Source of the DNA: a virus
Direction: 5' to 3' (one strand)
Virus genome (UHGV): UHGV-0106421
DNA length: 42,057 bases
Of this stretch, positions 28,935 through 37,537 are shown piece after piece. Within the stretch, counting starts at the first letter, position 1, and every line of letters begins with the position of its first letter. Position numbers and translations under genes: made by a program. The notes beneath the pieces were generated by a model. It did no database searches, was not told where the DNA came from, and saw nothing but the letters and a program-made list of their open reading frames with translations.

Positions 28935-29257
28935 AAATACCCTCTCTCACTTAATCGCGCCCACGCTTCGTTAAACTCTTCTCGGGTTGCGCCGGATTTT
29001 CTTTCTTCAAACATCATGCATTCGCTGATGTCTCCCCATGACTTTGGTCGCTTTTCAGCAAACAGATCATCCCATTCGAATACCCAGCGTCCTGATTTTC
29101 GGTAGTGGTAAATGGTCAGCCATGTTGTGCTGTTCGCTGGATACCCATAGAGAACTTCGACTTTTTGATCACGGTCTTTATGCTTTTTCAGCAGGATAAA
29201 GCCAGCAACCAGCGAAGCTCCGGCAAGAATGATGATTGGTATTTGCCAGTCAGCCAC
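28931..29257 (-). CDS. Hypothetical membrane-anchored protein
   Basis: 108-aa ORF with N-terminal TM helix (IPIIILAGASLVAGFILL) followed by a soluble domain. Confidence 0.4.
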   Translation of the reverse strand: MADWQIPIIILAGASLVAGFILLKKHKDRDQKVEVLYGYPANSTTWLTIYHYRKSGRWVFEWDDLFAEKRPKSWGDISECMMFEERKSGATREEFNEAWARLSERGYL

Positions 29258-29329
29258 ACCTCCCTCTCCCCCAAATAAAAAGGCCTGCGATTACCAGCAG
29301 GCCTGTTATTAGCTCAGTGATGTAGATGG

Positions 29330-30706
29330 TCATACGTCAGCCCCTTGTGCATATCGTCTGCCACGTGCAGCGGGTGCATTTGATGTTGTGCAAATCTGTC
29401 TGGCTTCATCCTGGTCACATGCAACAAAGTGTCCGTTGCAGAACCGCTGGTAAACCGTACCAAGCGAGCCAAAACGGTTTTTCGTCACGATGATTTCAGC
29501 AAATGGCGCGGCGCTACTGTTCTCGTCATATACCGCTTCCCGATAGAGCATGATGATTGAGTCTGCGTCCTGCTCAATGCTTCCTGAATCACGCAAATCT
29601 GCGTTTGTCGGGCGTTTGTTTGGTCGCTTCTCAACATCGCGCGAAAGCTGACTTAGGGAGATAACTGGCGTTTTCAGGTCTTTCGCCATCGCCTTCAGGC
29701 TTCCTGAGATGTGAGCAATTGCGAGGTCGTTGCGGTCTGCTTTCGGCTTCTCAATCAGGCCAAGATAATCCGCCATGATGAGTGACAGGTTTGGATTTTC
29801 CTGTTTGTGCCGTTCTGCGATTGAGCGTATTTCTTCGACCGATAACCGCGATGCATCGACTACCCATACATCCAAATCCGCAAGCTGATTCATGCCGTTA
29901 GCAACGCGCGCCCAGCCTTCGTCATCCATCGATGCAGGATTTCGTAGCACGCTAACCGACATCCTCCCGGCGTTGGCAATGCTTCGCTCTGCAATCTGCA
30001 ATGCGCTCATTTCCATCGAGAAAATCAACACTCCGCGCCGGACGTCAGAACCAGGAATAACACGACTTGCAACGCCTTCGGCAATCTTCAGCGCCAGTTC
30101 GGTTTTCCCCATACCAGGACGAGCAGCGATTATCACCAGGTCTTCCGCGTTCATCCCTCCGGTGATGGCATCAAGTTCTTCGATTCCGGTCTTCAGGGTA
30201 TCGGACTCTTCTCCGTTCCTCAGACGCCTGTCAAGCGTGTCAGTGTAGTCGGTGATGATTTCCCCTAACCGTACCGGTTTAACCTCGTCACGGGGCTTTC
30301 TGATGGCTGAAAGACGCTTTACAAGTTCATCCATCGCCTGACTCGATGTATCGATGGTTCCGCTCTGAATTGGTTCACGCATTTCATCCATGATTTCCAG
30401 CACCAGACGGCGGTGATAGTTATCCGCGACCATTCCGGCATATCCCTTCAGGTTTGCGGCACTCGGGCAGTTTTTGCTGGTCATCAGGATTGACGTGAAA
30501 TGCTCCTCTCCGCACGCCTCGGCAACCATCAGCGCGTCGATTAGGTTTCTGTTTCTCGCCTGCTTGCGGATAACCTCAAAGGCTTTCCGGTAGAGCGGAA
30601 TTGAAAACGCTTCCGGCTCCAGCGTTGCCAGAACGTCGCTGGCAGTTGGCGTTAATCCACCAATCAGCAGGCCACCGATAACGCTCGCTTCGATATCCTG
30701 TCTCAT
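29330..30706 (-). CDS. Replicative DNA helicase (DnaB-like)
   Basis: 458-aa ORF with Walker A ([12 protein letters not shown]) and DnaB-family C-terminal motifs. Confidence 0.85.
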   Translation of the reverse strand: MRQDIEASVIGGLLIGGLTPTASDVLATLEPEAFSIPLYRKAFEVIRKQARNRNLIDALMVAEACGEEHFTSILMTSKNCPSAANLKGYAGMVADNYHRRLVLEIMDEMREPIQSGTIDTSSQAMDELVKRLSAIRKPRDEVKPVRLGEIITDYTDTLDRRLRNGEESDTLKTGIEELDAITGGMNAEDLVIIAARPGMGKTELALKIAEGVASRVIPGSDVRRGVLIFSMEMSALQIAERSIANAGRMSVSVLRNPASMDDEGWARVANGMNQLADLDVWVVDASRLSVEEIRSIAERHKQENPNLSLIMADYLGLIEKPKADRNDLAIAHISGSLKAMAKDLKTPVISLSQLSRDVEKRPNKRPTNADLRDSGSIEQDADSIIMLYREAVYDENSSAAPFAEIIVTKNRFGSLGTVYQRFCNGHFVACDQDEARQICTTSNAPAARGRRYAQGADV

Positions 30707-31650
30707 GCAATCCCCCTGTCTGCAAACTTCCCTTCCCGTACCCCCGTTAACGAGTCTTCCCTCAGCAGGTAATCAAAATCAGCTGTCCAGCCCGTGTCGT
30801 TGTCTCCGAAGTAAAACGGCTTGGCCTGATGCACAAACGCCCTGACATACGCTCTGAAACCGTCCACGTTTGGCGTTTTCAGTTGCGGGATGATTTTCTT
30901 CAGGCGGCGTTTGCGTTTCTCGTTGACCGCAACAGCGTGTGGAAGTCTGTCACCGACTTCGGTGTTGTAGGCGTTCAGGAAGGATTCGTAGTCGATTCGT
31001 TCTGCCTTGCGACGTTCAGGTTTAACCTGCCCATCGCCTCCCCCATTGGGGGGTAGGGGGGTATTATTTATATTCTTGTTAATACCTTCTTGTTCATGAT
31101 GTGCGGTTGTTTGTGCGGCTTCATGTGCGGCTTCATGTGCGGCATGTACGCTGAAAGCCGCGCCATTACTGGCTTCATCATGTGCGGCATCATGTGCGGT
31201 TGTTTGTGCGGCTTCATGTGCGGGTGAATTGTCCATTTTTTGAGCGTATTCATGGTAATTTGTGATGGTGATCACACGACCTTTTTGCTTCTCTCCATCA
31301 ATGGTGATCATCCCCTCTTTCACAAAAACCTGAAGCATCCGCTCAACCTGATCACGGCTTGCCGGCTTGCCATGCCTGTCGCATAACTGAAGACCTAAAT
31401 CAGCTGCTGTCACAACCAGTTGACCGGGTTGCAGATGCCATTCATGACCTTTGAAATTCGCTTTGTATGGCTTTCTGGCGGCATTCAGGAGAAGGTTTTC
31501 CCACAGGGTGCGAAGATAAACATCTTTCGCCCATGACTGTTTCAGAATGCTCCGGTACAACGGAATGTAACCAGTTTTCTGGTTCTCCATCCTGTTGCTC
31601 CTGCGCTCGTGTGCGGCGCTGAAATCGTAGATTTTTGCTGTATTGCTCAT
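30703..31650 (-). CDS. Replication initiator (lambda O-like N-terminus) containing the origin iterons
   Basis: 315-aa ORF starting [13 protein letters not shown] (compare lambda O MTNTAKILNF, recalled); internal His/Ala/Glu-rich repeat encoded by the iteron DNA. Confidence 0.7.
   Translation of the reverse strand: MSNTAKIYDFSAAHERRSNRMENQKTGYIPLYRSILKQSWAKDVYLRTLWENLLLNAARKPYKANFKGHEWHLQPGQLVVTAADLGLQLCDRHGKPASRDQVERMLQVFVKEGMITIDGEKQKGRVITITNYHEYAQKMDNSPAHEAAQTTAHDAAHDEASNGAAFSVHAAHEAAHEAAQTTAHHEQEGINKNINNTPLPPNGGGDGQVKPERRKAERIDYESFLNAYNTEVGDRLPHAVAVNEKRKRRLKKIIPQLKTPNVDGFRAYVRAFVHQAKPFYFGDNDTGWTADFDYLLREDSLTGVREGKFADRGIA
31062..31226. repeat. Candidate replication origin: TGTGCGG-type iterons plus adjacent AT-rich tract inside the O-like gene
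   Basis: About nine copies of (t)catgtgcgg / ttgtgcggc in two clusters (31097..31150 and 31168..31226), next to tattatttatattcttgttaata (31062..31085). Confidence 0.6.
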
Positions 31651-31652
31651 AA

Positions 31653-31925
31653 CTACCTGCCTTGACGAAAGACCTTAAGAACATCGTTAAACTGACTTAC
31701 GGATATGTCTTCTTTGAGAAGCTTTTCCAGAAATGCGTTTGGAATGAACGTATATCCCTCCTCTTTTGGTAGAGACGGGAGCAACGCCCTCGCCTCAGCC
31801 TTCAGAAGCTCAGTTCTGGCAACTTTCACAAAAGAGATTTGAGTTCTTTCATCAATGGAACGAAGGAAGCGCAAACGCTTAGCTTCTTTGTGTGTATCAG
31901 GTGGATTAAAGCCTTTGTTTCGCAT
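31653..31925 (-). CDS. Hypothetical protein between cII and the O-like gene
   Basis: 90-aa ORF from the internal Met (MRNKGFNPPD) with GAGG RBS at 7-nt spacing; the longer track ORF overlaps cII. Confidence 0.4.
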   Translation of the reverse strand: MRNKGFNPPDTHKEAKRLRFLRSIDERTQISFVKVARTELLKAEARALLPSLPKEEGYTFIPNAFLEKLLKEDISVSQFNDVLKVFRQGR

Positions 31926-31947
31926 ATAATTACCTCGTTGGATGTTG

Positions 31948-32241
31948 TTAAAATTCCATCTGGATTTGATCAGAACGCTCGGTTGCCGCCGGGCGTTTTT
32001 TATTGGTGAGAATCGAAGCAACTTGTCGTGCCAATCGAGCCATATCGTCGTCGACGACGCCCCATTCAAGAACAGCAAGCAGCATTGAGAACTTTGGAAT
32101 CCAGTCCCTCTTCCACCTGCTGATCTGCGACTTATCAACTCCAACAGCTTCCGCTGTCTTCTCAGTTCCAAGCATTGCGATTTTGTTAAGCAACGCACTC
32201 TCGATTCTTAGAGCCTCGTTGCGTTTGTTTGCACGAACCAT
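31948..32241 (-). CDS. cII: Transcriptional activator CII
   Basis: From the Met at 32241: MVRANKRNEALRIESALLNKIAMLGTEKTAEAVGVDKSQISRWKRDWIPKFSMLLAVLEWGVVDDDMARLARQV..., essentially lambda CII as recalled (97 aa). Confidence 0.85.
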   Translation of the reverse strand: MVRANKRNEALRIESALLNKIAMLGTEKTAEAVGVDKSQISRWKRDWIPKFSMLLAVLEWGVVDDDMARLARQVASILTNKKRPAATERSDQIQMEF

Positions 32242-32300
32242 ATGTAAGTATTTCCTTAACAAATAAGAAGTTATGCGCATCAACTTATGCGCGTTGTATT

Positions 32301-32342
32301 CCCGCATTTCGGCGGGAATGAGGACCATGACTGTTAAAGAGC
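32301..32342 (-). promoter_or_regulatory. nutR-like site (boxA plus boxB hairpin) between cro and cII
   Basis: Minus-strand boxA gctctttaac (32342..32333) and boxB hairpin cccgc-cgaaat-gcggg (32316..32301); identical elements recur on the plus strand upstream of N. Confidence 0.55.
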
Positions 32343-32349
32343 AATTTGC

Positions 32350-32565
32350 TTATGCGGCGTTCTTACGCGGCGGGAACAAGCCATCTAGCGTTGTCTTGCT
32401 CCCCAATTTATTCAGCGCCTTTACCAGGCGACGGCACGACTCTAAATCTGGAGTCCGGATACCTGACTCGTAGTTAGCTAAGCGGGACTGGTTCCAGCCA
32501 CACGCGCCTGCTAACGCAGATTGAGTGATGCCAAGCTTTTTCCGTTCGTTGGCAATGTTGTTCAT
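32350..32565 (-). CDS. cro: Cro-like HTH repressor
   Basis: 71-aa HTH ORF divergent from cI; AAGGA RBS; recognition-helix region (GWNQSRLANYESG) resembles that of the adjacent cI (GWASQSRIGNYESG). Confidence 0.6.
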   Translation of the reverse strand: MNNIANERKKLGITQSALAGACGWNQSRLANYESGIRTPDLESCRRLVKALNKLGSKTTLDGLFPPRKNAA

Positions 32566-32589
32566 AGGTTTCCTTAAGAGCTAGTTCAC

Positions 32590-32660
32590 TCAGTCTTTAT
32601 TAAACACATATTGTGATTGATAGTCAACACAAATCGTGTAAAGCCTTAAACCACGGAATG
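32590..32660. promoter_or_regulatory. OR-like operator/promoter region between cro and cI
   Basis: Near-palindromic sites built on ACAC/GTGT (aacacatattgtgatt 32603..32618; aacacaaatcgtgt 32626..32639) and a TTGACT -35-like hexamer on the minus strand. Confidence 0.45.
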
Positions 32661-32669
32661 TGATATAAA

Positions 32670-33311
32670 ATGCGCATGAACAGAACAGAAACTATCGCCG
32701 CGCGTATCAAGCGATTACGGGAAGATAAAGGGCTTTCACAGAAGGCTCTGGCGGAGCTTTGCGGCTGGGCTTCACAATCTCGGATCGGCAACTATGAATC
32801 AGGAACCAGAAGCGTTAGTGTTGATGACGCAGAGGTAATAGCTAAAGCTTTGGGCGTCGCTCCGGCAGAACTGCTTTTTGGCGACAACTATCAGGGACAA
32901 TACAAGCCAGGGGAAAAGTTTCCGTTGATTAGCTGGGTTAGCGCAGGTGCATGGAGTGAGGCCGTAGAGCCGTACAACCCTCAGGCAGTGGATGAGTGGT
33001 ATGAATCAGATTGTCACGTTGTCGGTGACGCCTTCTGGCTCAGGGTTCAGGGCGACTCAATGACAGCTCCTACCGGCCTTAGCGTTCCTGAGGGTATGCT
33101 GGTTCTGTTCGACACTGGAAAGGAAGCCGTTAATGGAAGCCTGGTAGTTGCGAAGCTGACAGATGCTAATGAAGCCACGTTCAAGAAGCTAATCATTGAT
33201 GGCGGTAACAAATACCTGAAAGGGCTTAACCCTGCCTATCCGTTGATCCCAATCGACGGCAACTGCAAGATAATCGGCGTAGCAGTGCAGATGATGATGA
33301 AATTCTCCTGA
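32670..33311 (+). CDS. cI: CI-type repressor (HTH_XRE plus S24 LexA-like peptidase domain)
   Basis: 213-aa ORF with N-terminal HTH, Ala-Gly self-cleavage site (VSAGAW), catalytic Ser (GDSM) and Lys (VVAKL); almost no leader before the ATG. Confidence 0.8.
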   Translation: MRMNRTETIAARIKRLREDKGLSQKALAELCGWASQSRIGNYESGTRSVSVDDAEVIAKALGVAPAELLFGDNYQGQYKPGEKFPLISWVSAGAWSEAVEPYNPQAVDEWYESDCHVVGDAFWLRVQGDSMTAPTGLSVPEGMLVLFDTGKEAVNGSLVVAKLTDANEATFKKLIIDGGNKYLKGLNPAYPLIPIDGNCKIIGVAVQMMMKFS

Positions 33312-33335
33312 TATACCCGCCACTTAAAAACATCA

Positions 33336-33358
33336 AACCCGCTTCGGCGGGTTTTTTG
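33336..33358 (+). terminator. Rho-independent terminator immediately after cI
   Basis: cccgc-ttcg-gcggg hairpin followed by TTTTTT; no rexAB-like genes between cI and OL. Confidence 0.6.
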
Positions 33359-33396
33359 TTGCCCAAAGAAAATTAAATTACCTTAAAAATCAATGA

Positions 33397-33461
33397 AAAC
33401 ACGTGTTGTGATAAAAACAATCACATTTCGTGTTGACAGCACGAACACAATTTGTGATTAT
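33397..33461 (+). promoter_or_regulatory. OL/PL-like operator-promoter region
   Basis: TTGACA (33433..33438), 17-nt spacer, GATTAT (33456..33461); overlapping inverted repeats TGTGAT-N7-ATCACA (33407..33425) and aacacaatttgtgatt (33444..33459). Confidence 0.5.
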
Positions 33462-33507
33462 CTAGCCATCAGCAGGAAGCTGGTAGCCAAACGGAACAGA
33501 TTGGCAG

Positions 33508-33547
33508 GCTCTTTAACATTGATGGGATTGTCCCGCCGAAATGCGGG
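33508..33547 (+). promoter_or_regulatory. nutL-like site (boxA plus boxB hairpin) upstream of N
   Basis: boxA gctctttaac (33508..33517) and boxB hairpin cccgc-cgaaat-gcggg (33532..33547), identical to the elements between cro and cII. Confidence 0.55.
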
Positions 33548-33655
33548 AACCAAAGAGTAGTTGGCTTTGGGGTGACGTGAAGTGCAGCTGCACGACAGCA
33601 ACCGGAAGATAAGCACCCGGCGCGTCACCGCCAAAGTCAATCATCGGAGGTCAAC

Positions 33656-33928
33656 ATGACAGTAGTCATTACATATCTGGCTGACGATAACGCCAGAAAT
33701 CGCCGCAGAGCACGCAGACAGGCTCAACGTGAACAGGCAATGCAAGAACAGCGACTGGCGCGAAAAATTGCGCTAAAGCTCTCTGGTTGCGTCAGAGCAG
33801 ACAAAGCAGCATCACTCGGAAGCCTTCGCTGCAAGAAGGCAGATGAATGCAGTGGAAGTATTTGCCTGCCAAACGTAGCCATTTACGCGGCAGGATACCG
33901 GAAATCAAAACAACTGACAGCGAGGTAA
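33656..33928 (+). CDS. N-like transcription antiterminator (arginine-rich motif)
   Basis: 90-aa ORF with ARM NARNRRRARRQAQREQAMQEQ; GGAGG RBS; first gene of the PL operon, downstream of nutL. Confidence 0.55.
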   Translation: MTVVITYLADDNARNRRRARRQAQREQAMQEQRLARKIALKLSGCVRADKAASLGSLRCKKADECSGSICLPNVAIYAAGYRKSKQLTAR

Positions 33929-33931
33929 GTG

Positions 33932-34156
33932 ATGAATCAGACATACATTCCATCATGCTTGAGAAATCTGCCAAAGCAGAAAGCAAAGCCCCGCAAGCAA
34001 GCCATAAAGGACGCTAAGGCAGAGGTTATTGATCAAGCAATACAATTGCTCAGGGAGGAGTTAAGAAGTGGCAAGCTCGAAGGAATGATGATGCCTTATC
34101 AGCGCGGATATCTATCGGCTATTAGTAAGTTGGAAGTATTGAAGAGTGAATTATGA
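33932..34156 (+). CDS. Hypothetical small basic protein downstream of N
   Basis: 74-aa ORF from ATG 33932 with GAGG at 6-nt spacing; AT-rich by eye. Confidence 0.4.
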   Translation: MNQTYIPSCLRNLPKQKAKPRKQAIKDAKAEVIDQAIQLLREELRSGKLEGMMMPYQRGYLSAISKLEVLKSEL

Positions 34157-34218
34157 ACTATCTGGAATTTCCGGATGGTTCATTGTTTTGGCAGCAAACC
34201 ACTTATTTGAGGTGAGAT

Positions 34219-34689
34219 ATGACAATATCATGGAGCGTACCTTTTCCTGAATCAGAAACTGAACATGATGGAATGCCTGTTTTCTGGAGATTCCAGGCGA
34301 CAGTTGAAGAAGATGGAATCAAAATATTCGCACTTCAATATATAGCTTTTCATCAGACAGAGCATTATGCATGGTTGGTTCCTGCGCATTGGATTGTTAA
34401 TTTTAAACCAGCACCAAATCAGTGGTTACAGGAATGGAAACAAAAGAGAAATAGATATGCAATTAAGAAAGTAGCAAAAAATGCAGAAAGATCTTTTGCA
34501 TTCCCAACGAAGAAACTTGCCATTGAAAGTTTATTGCGCCGGAAGAAATACCATTTAATGAGAATCAAACAAGATTTGGCTGTTGTATCAACTCTTGTTG
34601 ATGGGATGAAGAATATTGATACATCAACACCAGATATTGAATATAACTTTGGACACAACCAAGAAACAGAAAACTGGGTGTTTTATTAG
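34219..34689 (+). CDS. Hypothetical protein, AT-rich moron at the ral/sieB position
   Basis: 156-aa ORF with GAGGTGAG RBS; markedly AT-rich by eye; followed by hairpins and a terminator before cIII. Confidence 0.5.
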   Translation: MTISWSVPFPESETEHDGMPVFWRFQATVEEDGIKIFALQYIAFHQTEHYAWLVPAHWIVNFKPAPNQWLQEWKQKRNRYAIKKVAKNAERSFAFPTKKLAIESLLRRKKYHLMRIKQDLAVVSTLVDGMKNIDTSTPDIEYNFGHNQETENWVFY

Positions 34690-34793
34690 TACGAATAAGC
34701 ACTGTGTATTCATTCCAACGAGTGAATACACGGAGCAATGTCGCTCGTAACTAAACAGGAGCCGACTTGTTCTGATTATTGGAAATCTTCTTT

Positions 34794-34818
34794 GCCCTCC
34801 AGTGTGAGGGCTTTTTTA
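34794..34818 (+). terminator. Rho-independent terminator between the AT-rich insert and cIII
   Basis: gccctc-cagtgt-gagggc hairpin followed by TTTTTT. Confidence 0.5.
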
Positions 34819-34883
34819 TATGCATACCAATAACGCTTCACTTGAGGCGTTTTCGTTATGCAATCAAATATAAGGAGTTACCC

Positions 34884-35018
34884 ATGATGCACTTTCAGCT
34901 CGCTGGTAGCGGCGTCATGTCCGCTTTCTACCCGCACGAATCTGAATTATCACGCCGAGTTAAACAATTAATCAGAGCAGCAAAGAAACAACTGGAGGCG
35001 TTATGCGCAATGAAATAG
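34884..35018 (+). CDS. cIII: CIII-like protease (FtsH) inhibitor
   Basis: 44-aa ORF MMHFQLAGSGVMSAFYPHESELSRRVKQLIRAAKKQLEALCAMK with AAGGAG RBS; resembles the central helix of lambda CIII as recalled. Confidence 0.55.
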   Translation: MMHFQLAGSGVMSAFYPHESELSRRVKQLIRAAKKQLEALCAMK

Positions 35019-35155
35019 CCATTAATCACCAGATGCTTCGTGCTGCACAGAACAAAGCAGTAATAGCCAGATTTATTGGTGATTCAAAAATGTGGCTTGA
35101 AGCAAATAAAGCGATGAAATCAGCTATCAACCTTCCGTGGTATCGCAGGAAATGA
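35003..35155 (+). CDS. kil: Kil-like small protein (possible FtsZ inhibitor)
   Basis: 50-aa ORF MRNEIAINHQMLRAAQNKAVIARFIGDSKMWLEANKAMK...; GGAGG RBS; overlaps the cIII end; IA(R/T)FIGD motif resembles lambda Kil as recalled. Confidence 0.4.
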   Translation: MRNEIAINHQMLRAAQNKAVIARFIGDSKMWLEANKAMKSAINLPWYRRK

Positions 35156-35236
35156 GTTTTACAGATAACTGGTCAGACGAAGAATTCATTCGTCAGATGA
35201 ACAAAATGCTCAATCAGCACAAAGAACAGGAGAAAG

Positions 35237-35548
35237 ATGATGATTCTGACTCTGAATGATAAGCGTGAAATATCGCAAATCATCGCAAGTTTTACCGATG
35301 ATGATTACGAACGAATCAACAGTGAAGTTGATCGCCTCTGCAAACGTTGCGACCCAATAAGCGAAATGCTTCGCTCATATAAACCAGATGAACACACTAA
35401 GGACGCTATCGACTGGCTGGAAGATGATGACTGTAACTATCAGGAAAAAGCCGCTGAATGGTTCTGGGATGCAATAACCGAAAGAGTTAAGGCTGAATAT
35501 GCCTTCGCAATATTCAAACGCAGACATATTTATGGAGAAGCTGCATGA
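35237..35548 (+). CDS. Hypothetical acidic protein in the gam/abc position upstream of recT
   Basis: 103-aa ORF with AGGAGAAAG RBS; no recognisable Gam similarity. Confidence 0.4.
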   Translation: MMILTLNDKREISQIIASFTDDDYERINSEVDRLCKRCDPISEMLRSYKPDEHTKDAIDWLEDDDCNYQEKAAEWFWDAITERVKAEYAFAIFKRRHIYGEAA

Positions 35549-36447
35549 GCAATATCGTTGAATTCGTTAAACAGCAAGAGCAGTTATTCTGCGGAGCATT
35601 GACTGAACAGACGGTGACATGGGCTAAGGAAAGCCAGTTTGCAATTCAGTATTTCCAGAAAAATGATTACCTGGCTAAAACAGCACTGGCAAATCCAACC
35701 AGCGCACAGAACGCCATCATCAATGTTGCGGCGATCGGCATCACCTTAAACCCGGCCAGCAAACTGGCTTATCTGGTTCCTCGCGACGGCATGGTGTGCC
35801 TTGATATCAGTTACATGGGATTACTTCATCTTGCGCAATCGACAGGATCAATTAAGTGGGGGCAATGCAAACTGGTGTACTCAAACGACACCTATGAATC
35901 AAATGGCCTTGATTCGGCACCAACCCACAAATACAACGCATTTGGTGAGCGAGGCTCTATTGTTGGAGGTTATTGCACGGTTAAAACAGCAGATGGTGAC
36001 TACCTGACTGAAGAAATGAGTCTGGCAGAAATTAAAGCTGTGGAAGCAACGAGCAAGGCAAAGAATGGACCGTGGAAGACATTCTGGGAAGAGATGGCGC
36101 GTAAAACCATAGTTAAACGCGCCAGCAAATACTGGCCTAAAGCCCAGCGACTGGATAATGCCATTCACCTGCTTAACGAAGATGAGGGTATGCATCAGGA
36201 ACCGGTTATGCCGCACAAATCAGAGGAAGATATCCGCGAAGATGAACGGAAACGCCAGCAGGAAATAATGGAAAAAGCACAACTTCTTTGTGATGAAATG
36301 GCTCAGGCTGAAAACATGGATGATTTGAAGAGGTATTTTGCAGAAGCATATCGCCTGACATCTGGAATGAAATTGCAGCAGAACGTACAAGCCATTTACG
36401 CAGAATGCAAAGCGAAACTGGAGGTTGCCAGTGAGCAAACTGTATGA
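35545..36447 (+). CDS. recT: RecT-family single-strand annealing recombinase
   Basis: 300-aa ORF with the RecT signature NGPWKTFWEEMARKTIVKRASKYWP. Confidence 0.8.
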   Translation: MSNIVEFVKQQEQLFCGALTEQTVTWAKESQFAIQYFQKNDYLAKTALANPTSAQNAIINVAAIGITLNPASKLAYLVPRDGMVCLDISYMGLLHLAQSTGSIKWGQCKLVYSNDTYESNGLDSAPTHKYNAFGERGSIVGGYCTVKTADGDYLTEEMSLAEIKAVEATSKAKNGPWKTFWEEMARKTIVKRASKYWPKAQRLDNAIHLLNEDEGMHQEPVMPHKSEEDIREDERKRQQEIMEKAQLLCDEMAQAENMDDLKRYFAEAYRLTSGMKLQQNVQAIYAECKAKLEVASEQTV

Positions 36448-36913
36448 AATTGCCAATGAATACGCAAAATTGATGGATTCAGATTTAGAACCAGAGATGA
36501 TTGCTGACACAATAGAAGGCATGGAAGGAGAATTTACCGATAAAATAGAGCAACTTCTTTCCGTCATTAAAAATGAATCTGGTTATGCTGAACGCCTCAA
36601 GGAAGAGGCAAAGTCACTAAATGAGCGAGCCGCAGTAATTCAAAATAAGATTGACAGCATTATGGCGTATATAGCGTCATCGCTTGAAATGGTTGGCAAG
36701 AAAAAGATTCGAGCAGGTATTCACCAGGTAACAATCCGCAAACCGTCAGAAACTGTAGAAATCATCGACTCAGGCGCCCTTCCTCCTGAATACGTTGAGT
36801 TTGAAACGATAATTAAAGCCGACAAGTTGGCAATCAAACACCAACTAAAAGCAGGAATAAATATCCCCGGCGCTCAACTCAAAGTTGGGAAACCTTCACT
36901 TCTTATCAAATAA
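36431..36913 (+). CDS. Gp157-like phage protein (family often found next to RecT)
   Basis: About 160-aa ORF from GTG 36431 with GGAGG at 7-nt spacing; coiled-coil-rich. Confidence 0.4.
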   Translation: MSKLYEIANEYAKLMDSDLEPEMIADTIEGMEGEFTDKIEQLLSVIKNESGYAERLKEEAKSLNERAAVIQNKIDSIMAYIASSLEMVGKKKIRAGIHQVTIRKPSETVEIIDSGALPPEYVEFETIIKADKLAIKHQLKAGINIPGAQLKVGKPSLLIK

Positions 36914-36924
36914 CGGTATCGACT

Positions 36925-37239
36925 ATGAAAAAGACTCCATGGGAGAAATGGGAAGTCGATTTCTTGCGCGAAGTAGCGGCAACAATGCCAGTTGAAGTTA
37001 TCGCTGAAAAACTGGAAAGGACTGAGAAAGCAGTAATGGCGAAAGCAACAAGGATTGGCGCTGACATTGTTAGCCGACTTCGTGGAAGACGATGGACAAG
37101 AGCCGAAGTATCACTTTTCGGTAAGTTCTCCGCAGAAGAAATAGCAATTGCAACCTGCCGCTCAATTTATTCAGTAAGAGCTATGCGATACAAGCTAAAA
37201 AAACTCGATGAAGAAAGAGAAGGCATACGAATAAATTAA
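36925..37239 (+). CDS. Hypothetical protein with two tandem helix-rich repeats (possible DNA-binding)
   Basis: 104-aa ORF; repeats WEKWEVDFLREVAATMPVEVIAEKLERT and RWTRAEVSLFGKFSAEEIAIATCRS. Confidence 0.4.
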   Translation: MKKTPWEKWEVDFLREVAATMPVEVIAEKLERTEKAVMAKATRIGADIVSRLRGRRWTRAEVSLFGKFSAEEIAIATCRSIYSVRAMRYKLKKLDEEREGIRIN

Positions 37240-37255
37240 CATGGAGTAATTAACA

Positions 37256-37537
37256 ATGAAGCTAAACATCGACCTTGGAAAATACGTTATTACCGGAACC
37301 AAACACGACCTGATTCTTAGCGAAAGAGGAATTATCAAAGAAGGTGAGAATGCAGGGAAAGAAACACTAAGCCGTATCGGTTATTACAGCAAGTTTGAGC
37401 ATCTGGTTAAAGAGTTATGCAACCGTGAAATTCTGTTATCTCAAGCGCGGACGCTACAGGATATTCAGCAGCATATCGAGACTTTAGGTGTGTCACTTAG
37501 CATGGCCGTTGACCAGTTCGTGGAGAGTAAATCATGA
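37256..37537 (+). CDS. Hypothetical protein
   Basis: 93-aa ORF within the tightly packed early-left operon. Confidence 0.4.
   Translation: MKLNIDLGKYVITGTKHDLILSERGIIKEGENAGKETLSRIGYYSKFEHLVKELCNREILLSQARTLQDIQQHIETLGVSLSMAVDQFVESKS

Noticed and set aside
31068-31253. 61-aa His/Pro/Met-rich minus-strand ORF ([13 protein letters not shown]...)
   Set aside because: An alternative-frame artefact of the origin iteron repeats inside the O-like gene.
32273-32473. 66-aa plus-strand ORF spanning the cro/cII intergenic region
   Set aside because: Overlaps the nutR-like elements and the cro 3' end; no RBS; the region is better explained as regulatory RNA sequence.
33312-33432. rexAB-like exclusion genes downstream of cI
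   Set aside because: cI is followed directly by a terminator and the OL/PL region; there is no coding capacity for rex-like genes.
33458-33640. 60-aa minus-strand ORF over the PL/nutL region
   Set aside because: Overlaps the promoter and nut site on the opposite strand; no RBS.
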